This document shows positions 38,388 to 45,470 of a stretch of 61,976 bases of DNA, piece after piece. Every line of letters starts with the position of its first letter. The first letter of the stretch is position 1. This DNA is from a virus (lineage: Duplodnaviria; Caudoviricetes), in the IMG/VR virus record IMGVR_UViG_3300043788_000036, positions 1 to 61,976 of that record. The stretch is one strand, 5' to 3'. The position numbers and the translations under genes are program-made. The notes under the pieces were generated by a model that did no database searches, was not told the DNA's origin, and saw only the letters and a program-made list of their open reading frames with translations.

Positions 38388-38608
38388 ACGCCTTGCCTAA
38401 GCCTTCTGTGATGCGTCTTACGCCGCGTCGACTGGAGGTCCTGAAGCTCGTGTGCCAGGGGTACTCAACCAAGAAGATCGCAGAACTACTGGGGATCGCG
38501 CCCAATACCGTGAGCTGTCACCGGGACGCGCTGCGTGAAATATCGGGTGCCCACAATGCGGTGCAGTTGGCACAGTGGGCCAGCACGCTTCAAACGAAGA
38601 GGTATTAA
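38384..38608 (+). CDS. Stand-alone LuxR-type HTH regulator
   Basis: LTPRRLEVLKLVCQGYSTKKIAELLGIAPNTVSCH. Confidence 0.9.
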   Translation: MNALPKPSVMRLTPRRLEVLKLVCQGYSTKKIAELLGIAPNTVSCHRDALREISGAHNAVQLAQWASTLQTKRY

Positions 38609-38812
38609 CGTGAATCAACAGAAGATGTTCGTCCACGGCGCGGGGGGCGCAGTCACGATAATGGGCCATTCCGTAAGCGGCGAAGATTACTCCATTGAGA
38701 TTACGCACCCGGCGCTCGCCCGCCGCTGGGTTAAGGTGTTGGCACGGCGGAAGTGGCGCCGTAAAGGTATGGGCGTGCAGGTGTATCAACGTAAACCCAA
38801 AAAGGTAACAAT

Positions 38813-38995
38813 ATGAAAATCATCAAACCCGGTATTGAGCCCGCAGAGAGGGTGTTTCAGGTGACTTGTCGTGATTGCGAATGCGAGTTTGCATTCAAGC
38901 GCAAGGAGGCGAATATGACTACTGACCGGCGGGACGGCGACTTTTTGAGTATTAATTGTCCAACTTGCTTTAGAACAGTAACGGTTGTTTTATGA
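38813..38995 (+). CDS. Zn-ribbon protein
   Basis: MKIIKPG..TCRDCECEF..CPTC. Confidence 0.65.
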   Translation: MKIIKPGIEPAERVFQVTCRDCECEFAFKRKEANMTTDRRDGDFLSINCPTCFRTVTVVL

Positions 38996-39170
38996 AAAAA
39001 TGCGCTATACATAAACGCCCGTTAGGTCAAGGGGGGTGTAAAGCGTGTTTGAAAAGATGGTTTACACGTTATCGGGTCAAGGACAGCCCGTTGCGGGTGT
39101 CGGACGAGGAAGCCTCTCGCCAGTTATTGCTTTGGCTGCGCTCCCGTGGCTTGTTCACTAACTGGGTAGT

Positions 39171-39199
39171 TTGACACTTCAACCTCGATAGGGAATACT
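39171..39199 (+). promoter_or_regulatory. Sigma70-like promoter
   Basis: TTGACA-N17-AATACT. Confidence 0.7.
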
Positions 39200-39205
39200 C
39201 CCGTC

Positions 39206-39293
39206 ACGCCCGGTTCGACACTCCCTCGGGCGCTTCACGTTCGTCCATACGTTCTCGCCCGCACTGCCTCAACCCAGCTGCGGGCGTTTTTTT
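39206..39293 (+). ncRNA. Putative ~88-nt sRNA
   Basis: Promoter, 5' hairpin, unpaired linker, terminator; no plus-strand ORF in the track. Confidence 0.55.
39256..39293 (+). terminator. Intrinsic terminator
   Basis: cgcccgca/tgcgggcg stem followed by T7. Confidence 0.8.
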
Positions 39294-39306
39294 GTATACT
39301 GTCTTT

Positions 39307-39394
39307 GGCGGAGGTCGCCGGTTCGAATCCGGCCGCTGCGAGGGTTAGCCCATGCACAGCGTAGCTCAGCAGGGAGAGCATCGCTTCTTCGCCA
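39307..39394 (+). ncRNA. Circularly permuted tRNA-like RNA (YrlA-type topology)
   Basis: AGGTC, T arm GCCGG-TTCGAAT-CCGGC, capped acceptor stem, then D arm TA-GCTC-AGCAGGGA-GAGC. Confidence 0.75.
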
Positions 39395-39453
39395 TATTTG
39401 CAAAAGCTTGAGCTTCTGGTACCTTCCGGCACGTTTGACGTGAGACGAACGCA

Positions 39454-40059
39454 TTGCCCGCACGTAAGGTCAAGAGGCTCAAACGAGGTCCCACCAAGGT
39501 AACGCGCAAAAAACCACCCAAAAGCGACGGTAAGCCCGTACAGGACACCCCGCCGAAGCGCCCGACGCAGTACACCCCCCAATTGGGTGAACGCCTCCTG
39601 GAGCGCATGGCGAACGGCGTGACCGCTACGGAAATATGTCGCGACCCGACTATGCCCACCTGGGGTGTGCTCAAGCGGTGGGAGCGTGACTACCCGGACT
39701 TTGGACGGCGCTATGAGACTGCGCGTAGGCAATGCTGCGAGTACATGACGGATGAGATCATCACGATTGCGGACAACGCAGCGAATGATTACATCCAGCG
39801 ATCGACGGGCGGCTTAGTCTTCAACCGCGAAGGCTTTGAGCGCTCACGGCTGCGTATTGACTCGCGCAAGTGGACCGCTAGCAAAGTACTACGTCACGTG
39901 TATGGCGATAAGAGCGAGGTTGACTTGCGCACGCCTGATGGGCTCAACGTGAAGGTGGAAGAGCGCAATGCGCTCATCGATGCGCTGTGTAAGTTAGTGC
40001 AGCCTAAGGTGGACGGTAAGACGAAACCCGACGTGGAGGACGAGACGCGTGAACGTTGA
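39454..40059 (+). CDS. terS: Terminase small subunit (Sf6/P22-like)
   Basis: YTPQLG..ICRDPTMP..W..F..RY..AR..DEIITIAD..RSRLRIDSRKW..YGDK. Confidence 0.85.
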   Translation: MPARKVKRLKRGPTKVTRKKPPKSDGKPVQDTPPKRPTQYTPQLGERLLERMANGVTATEICRDPTMPTWGVLKRWERDYPDFGRRYETARRQCCEYMTDEIITIADNAANDYIQRSTGGLVFNREGFERSRLRIDSRKWTASKVLRHVYGDKSEVDLRTPDGLNVKVEERNALIDALCKLVQPKVDGKTKPDVEDETRER

Positions 40060-40245
40060 AGACGGCGCAGTGATACTTGGCATTCACGATATCGCACACT
40101 ATGGACCAGGCGCTTTACAGCGTGTCCGTGAGGACCATTGGGGGCGTACTAGTTGGTTGACTAAGGCCCTTGCCTATTGCTATGAAGATTGGTGCGCGCA
40201 GCAACGCATGGACGATGACGGCATGCGCAATTCAGGGTTGACTAC

Positions 40246-40473
40246 GTGAATAACCCAACGCTAGTTAGTTTAGTGTTGGGAGTGATCGCAGGTATATGCT
40301 TAGGTAGCGCCGGCACTATTGGCGGAGTAATGGTCCACGATGCTATCCGCGCTAAATGGTTACGCTATAGATATCGACGTGCGTATCGTCGGTTCCTTGC
40401 GCGTATCCCCACTAACGTTCGTGCCGAGCTGTCCCCAGGCGCGTTAGACGCCATACTGAGGGAAGAGTTGTGA
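40246..40473 (+). CDS. Small membrane protein
   Basis: N-terminal TM segment, basic tail. Confidence 0.5.
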   Translation: MNNPTLVSLVLGVIAGICLGSAGTIGGVMVHDAIRAKWLRYRYRRAYRRFLARIPTNVRAELSPGALDAILREEL

Positions 40474-40750
40474 GACGACCCTCCACCAGCAAACGATGTT
40501 GTAATGCGATTCAGCCCCGCCAATAAGCCGAGGCGCGCGTGACGAAGGCGAAGCAACGCGTAGTGTCCCCTGCATTTCTTGCCTTTCGCGCAGCAATGAA
40601 GAGCGCGTTCGTGGATCCAGCTATTGCGCCGAGTATTCCTCCCGGTATCCGTGCTGATATAGAACACGCACTTCTTACGGACGTTTCCGTGTGGGATCAC
40701 GTTAATGACAAGTCGATTGAGAACGCGCTCAAATGGGCTCTGAAGTACCT

Positions 40751-41005
40751 ATGACTGTCACCGAAGGGGCCTTGTTGTTGTCTGCGGGCGCTTCCATGCT
40801 GAGTGCGGTAGCCGGCTCCATCGGTATTATCATCTCCTCACGCAATGGGCGTAAGTTGGATTCAACTATCAGTAACGTCAGCAAGATCGAGATAGCCACT
40901 AACAGTATGAAGGATGCACTTGTGGCGTCGACCGCTAAAGCGTCCTACGCTGAGGGTGTTGCGGAAGGCCGCGCTCACTTACCGCCTCCACACAAAACTA
41001 CGTGA
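40751..41005 (+). CDS. Small membrane protein
   Basis: TM segment followed by ATNSMKDALV..AEG.AEG. Confidence 0.55.
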   Translation: MTVTEGALLLSAGASMLSAVAGSIGIIISSRNGRKLDSTISNVSKIEIATNSMKDALVASTAKASYAEGVAEGRAHLPPPHKTT

Positions 41006-41066
41006 CTAACACATCCTTCAGCTTACCGGGTTTCTGTGTGTTAACGCTCGTGACAAGGAGTTACTT

Positions 41067-41363
41067 ATGTCGATGAATATTGGGCAGGCAATGGAAGCGA
41101 TGAAAACGGGGTCCGTGGTAGCCCGGCAGATCTGGACTACTCAGGGGCGCAATTGGAAGCTGTACTACACGGCGGGGGTGTCGGCAGTGCCCGCGGCCAA
41201 CTTCACGAATGCGGCTCTCGCGGCTTTCGTTGCCACGTTGCCAGGAGGCGTCGCTAATGTGGAGCCTGCGGTGTATTTGCGCGATGGAGCGAATAATATC
41301 CACCTAGGGTGGGCTGCAGAGCAGGTTGATATGTTTGCGGAAGATTGGTACATCGTTACTTAA
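41067..41363 (+). CDS. Divergent DUF2829/Tad2-like protein
   Basis: MNIGQAMEAMKTG..VAR..W..GWAAEQVDMFAEDW. Confidence 0.75.
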   Translation: MSMNIGQAMEAMKTGSVVARQIWTTQGRNWKLYYTAGVSAVPAANFTNAALAAFVATLPGGVANVEPAVYLRDGANNIHLGWAAEQVDMFAEDWYIVT

Positions 41364-41932
41364 GCTGACCCTGGGCGCAGCTTTTTTTGGCTGCGCCTTT
41401 GAGACGGTTATAGGTTGTGGCTGTCGACAACTAGATAGGCACGAGGCGCGCGTGAGCGGGTTAACTTTAGTAGGTAACGGTGTTGACGATAAGATTATTG
41501 AGCACCGCGGCGACGGTACAGTGTGGGCTAAGCTGCCCGACGGGCGTTTTGTTGAGGTAATCGAGAAACCTGTACTCGGGGCGGCCGTTATAGAGCAGCT
41601 AACTTTGTTCGTTGCAGATTGCCATCGAACAAGGGATTTTTGGCTAAATGGGGAAGGGGAGTGGACTTATAAACCTCGCGGCAGGCTCGGGCATTCGGCA
41701 TTGGCACTGCGTGCTCTGGCCGATGAAGTGGATAGGCTGAATGACGAGGAACCCATAGGATGATCCCGACCTTCCTAGACCTCCGCACAGGCATGGCTTA
41801 GGGATTATTCGCTAATGTATGGGAGCATTCAATGGACGGCGTGTACCACGTGGCGGCGTGTGGTAACCCTGACTGCCAAACCCTCTCTCTACACATTCAC
41901 TCTGACTTGGACGGCGAAAAGCCGAAGACGCT

Positions 41933-42292
41933 ATGAAACACTTTACTTTCTTTCTCCTCTGCGTATTAGCGGTGGCGAGCGTGCCGGCTTACGCAGCCAA
42001 GATGCACGTCACTTGGACGCCGCCAACGCAGAATACGGATGGTACGCCGCTTACGGATCTAACGGGCTATCGCATCGAATGGGGCTCGTGTAATGCGGAT
42101 GGCTCGTTTGGCACGTACCAAGCGGGTATTAACGTTATATCGACGGCTACGGCCGCGTGGATTTACCCCACAGGGCTGAACCCTGTGTGCGTGCGTGCTT
42201 TTTCGATCAACTCGGCCAATCTTTTGTCCCCGGCAGTCTTTGCTTCGGGCACCCCAAAACCGACTATTTCCAAACCGACTCAGCTCAACTAA
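41933..42292 (+). CDS. Exported FN3-like protein
   Basis: Signal peptide; VTWTPPTQNTDGTPLTDLTGYRIEWG. Confidence 0.75.
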   Translation: MKHFTFFLLCVLAVASVPAYAAKMHVTWTPPTQNTDGTPLTDLTGYRIEWGSCNADGSFGTYQAGINVISTATAAWIYPTGLNPVCVRAFSINSANLLSPAVFASGTPKPTISKPTQLN

Positions 42293-42303
42293 AGGAGAGT
42301 CTC

Positions 42304-42672
42304 TTGTCAAAACCTGTCCCTCTGAAGGATTTCGGCGTACCCGTCCCTAGCCCCGCACCTGCGGCGACGTGTAGCTTGGTGGTCTACTACGGACCTACCC
42401 CGATGACGCCGGCCTACACGCCCGTAGCGCCGAATGGCCGCATCGTGGCGGGGCTTATCCCGTCATTGACCGTGAAGACCGTCAACGGGGTTGCGTACTA
42501 CGATGACCCGATCTCGGCCGAGCTGCCGCAGAACATTGCGAACGGCTCCTACGACTTTTCGTTCACGATCATGGATACGAACGGCGCCGAGGGGGATTTC
42601 TCCCCCATCATTACCGCCGTGGTGGATACCGTGGTCCCTCCGAAGCTCGGGCAGCCTATCGAGTTAACCTGA
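42304..42672 (+). CDS. Ig/FN3-like beta-sandwich protein
   Basis: AAGGAG before TTG; GSYDFSFTIMDTNGAEGDFS..VDTVVP. Confidence 0.55.
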   Translation: MSKPVPLKDFGVPVPSPAPAATCSLVVYYGPTPMTPAYTPVAPNGRIVAGLIPSLTVKTVNGVAYYDDPISAELPQNIANGSYDFSFTIMDTNGAEGDFSPIITAVVDTVVPPKLGQPIELT

Positions 42673-42779
42673 TCGCGAAGGCACTCGCTGCGTTGACCGA
42701 GCTAAAAACAAGCCTGGAACAAGACCTGTAGAAGACACTGGCGACGCTGTTCGTGGCGTCGCTCAGTTAAAGGACGAAC

Positions 42780-43145
42780 ATGACTGAAGAAGGTACTGCG
42801 CCAAAAGTTGAACTAGTTCATGTCGAGCAACTAATCGCGCTTGAGTGTTATACGACCGGCGATCAGATCGGCACTGATGTGATTGGCCCTGCCTACATCG
42901 AGGGCGTAGAGGCTGAGTTGGAGCGCCTCACCCTGTGCGTGTTGGTATTGAAAAACGGCTTCACGGTGACTGGCGAAGCTGTGTGCGTGAGCCGCGCTAA
43001 TTTTAACTCAGAAGTTGGACGTAAGTTCGCGAAGGAAGACGCTATTCGCAAGGCGCAAATGTTGGAAGGCTACTTGCTGAAAGAGCGCTTGCACCGAGAC
43101 GCTATTAACCGCTCCAGTGGGGGCGGTGACTTTGGAGACTCGTGA
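42780..43145 (+). CDS. Gp49-family (N4 gp49 / Sf6 gp66) protein; candidate nucleotide sponge
   Basis: LTLCVLVLKNGFTVTGEAVCVSRANFNSEVGRKFA..AI.K..LEGYLLKE. Confidence 0.85.
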   Translation: MTEEGTAPKVELVHVEQLIALECYTTGDQIGTDVIGPAYIEGVEAELERLTLCVLVLKNGFTVTGEAVCVSRANFNSEVGRKFAKEDAIRKAQMLEGYLLKERLHRDAINRSSGGGDFGDS

Positions 43146-43661
43146 TGCACCCTGTATTCAATAAAGCTCCCCGCAAAGGCCCCAAACTGGGTAAGCGCCA
43201 ACGTCGCGCAGTCATCCGCGTGCGACACGTAGTTGCGGTGGTGAAGTTTATTAGGTGGGCGTACAAAACCAATAGGTTACCTGCTCCTACATTGGGAGAT
43301 CGTCCCTGGCGTACTTTTGAGTGGCACCAATGGCACGCGTTGGGGTGTCCGTGAGACTGCGGCAAGAATACCCGGTGGTTGAGATACCGAATGACGGCGA
43401 TCCGCGTTGGCATGAGTTACTGCGTGACCGCCTTACAGATAGTTGAAAAGCTGGAGCGCATAGAGATACCGTTATGAATCGTAAGGGGCGCGCCAAGTTG
43501 AATAATAAGATTGCCCGCGTAAAACGTGAGCGCGTTTCGTGTCCACAAGAGGGTAAAGTATTCCCGGAAGGCTCTACGATGTGCGATACGTGCGGTGAGC
43601 AGTTGGTGCAAGTGGGTGTAGTAGCGCTAGTCGTTGAAGACTGCGCTAAAGAGAAGTTGCA

Positions 43662-44039
43662 TTGACACGCCGTAACGGCATATACCCTCTTGATGATCAG
43701 CTCGCGGAGCGAGCGCGTTCGAAGCGGGCGTTCGATCTATACGAAGAGCGGATCGAGTACGACGAGCTGAAAGACCTCCGCGGCCAACCTACGTATTTCA
43801 CGCTCAACAAGATGTCCCTGGAAATGGCGGCGCGAGATGTGGGGCCTTCCTTCATTTACAACTTGTACGTGCATACCATTCGACTTTTACAAGCGCGCAA
43901 CGTGGTCCACGGGATTATTGCACACGTCAAAAGCAACCCTTTCGCCCCTCACGTTAATATTGTTGAGTGCCCGTCGTTGGACGAGTCCGAATGGGTGTTG
44001 GAAGCTAACGATAAGAGAGTTGGGAGCACGATGCCGTGA
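43662..44039 (+). CDS. Hypothetical protein
   Basis: Coupled ORF. Confidence 0.5.
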   Translation: MTRRNGIYPLDDQLAERARSKRAFDLYEERIEYDELKDLRGQPTYFTLNKMSLEMAARDVGPSFIYNLYVHTIRLLQARNVVHGIIAHVKSNPFAPHVNIVECPSLDESEWVLEANDKRVGSTMP

Positions 44040-44169
44040 AGCCGCACATTTGGTTTTATAGAGGTGCGTGGCGGTGTGCAACAGTAGTTCCGTATGCCTT
44101 TCCTAGAAGGTCGTTAGGTAGGCGCGAGACGGGGTTTACGCCAAAACAGGCATACGATAACTGGTTTAT

Positions 44170-44763
44170 TTGGAGTCGTATTTTGTGACGGATAAGAGCA
44201 TTAGTCTAGGCGACCTTGCCGCGAGGCGAGGTACTGCTCCACAGACTACAGCTAGGAAGCAGTCTAGTAACTGCCGTAATCCAGAATGTCAAAGCGGCAT
44301 GACCCCCGGAGCGGTAGCATCAGGCGGGGGCAAGAATGGCGCTCCTCTGTACGGCCCTGGGGGCGTTGGCGCTTCCCGATTGATGCGCTGGGGGTGGGTG
44401 CAGTGCCTAGCCTGCAACCCGTCCGCAAAAGCCCCGTATCGCGCCTTGAACCTGTCCGAGGGGGAGATGGCTCGGCGTGCGGAGCTGGCGAGTTCCAGAG
44501 CCCCCTACGTGATCGAGGAGCGACGCCCTGCGCCTAGACCCCAAGGTACTCTCGGGTTGCCGAACGCCCCGCATGTCGATTCAGGTAAGCTCACGGAGCT
44601 AATGGAGCAGAACAAGAAGCTGGGCGAACGCTTGGACGAAGTGCTCAAGCAGAATGCTCAAATGACGGAAGCCATGTCGCGCATGACGATGCAGCTTGCA
44701 GCGCTTCTTGAAGATAACGCCAAACTACGTAAAGTAACTGAACATAACACTGAGGTGAAGTGA
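44170..44763 (+). CDS. Zn-binding plus coiled-coil protein
   Basis: CRNPEC..CLAC; C-terminal heptads. Confidence 0.55.
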   Translation: MESYFVTDKSISLGDLAARRGTAPQTTARKQSSNCRNPECQSGMTPGAVASGGGKNGAPLYGPGGVGASRLMRWGWVQCLACNPSAKAPYRALNLSEGEMARRAELASSRAPYVIEERRPAPRPQGTLGLPNAPHVDSGKLTELMEQNKKLGERLDEVLKQNAQMTEAMSRMTMQLAALLEDNAKLRKVTEHNTEVK

Positions 44764-45221
44764 TGCCTAATTTAGGGACTATTCTTCCGGATATCATCGA
44801 GTCGCTGGAGAGCAGTGTACGAAATTTGAAAAAGATCAAGGTTACATTGCCGGTGCCGTTGGGGGGAATTCGTGCTTTGGAGTTATCGGCAGCCCAGGTA
44901 GCCCAGGAAGTCGCAGCGCTTTTAGCAGGTAGCGACACTCCCCCTAAGGAAGGCGATCCGGATAGTGGTCAGTGCCGTGAAAACACCTGAAGAGTGGGTA
45001 GCATTCGCGCAACGTCACGGTATCGAGTGGGAGACTGGCCCTGTCAAGCCTTACGACCAACACGGTAACGAATACGATACCTACATTTGGCCAGAAGACA
45101 ATAACGATAAATTACTGAAGCGTCTGCAGGGGTCGAAGTACGTCATCGTGCGCATGTTTCCACACCCGACCGGAAAAGGTTTGGTACGTATGCGGTTCAC
45201 GGATTACCCGGAGAAGCCGAA

Positions 45222-45467
45222 GTGAGCTTTTCACAGACCTTCGCGTATGCAGTAGCTCGCGCGGTCGATGTTGCAACCGCGTCAGTCTTCACACACGAGA
45301 CCGATTGCACTATTTCGTCTTTGTGTGACGTAGCACTTGAGAAAAATACGGAGCCGTTTCTCCAGAAGTTGGGTCACGTGTTGAATCGTATACAGAAAGG
45401 GCACACTGCTGAAGCTCGCGCCTCGGATATCGCCAAGGCTAAAGCCATTATTGCCTTTTTGGGTTGA
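45222..45467 (+). CDS. Hypothetical protein
   Basis: Coupled ORF directly before terL. Confidence 0.55.
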   Translation: MSFSQTFAYAVARAVDVATASVFTHETDCTISSLCDVALEKNTEPFLQKLGHVLNRIQKGHTAEARASDIAKAKAIIAFLG

Positions 45468-45470
45468 TGG

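Noticed and set aside
39307-39394. Conventional tRNA gene or attP site
   Set aside because: The halves are in reverse order with no anticodon loop, and no integrase was found
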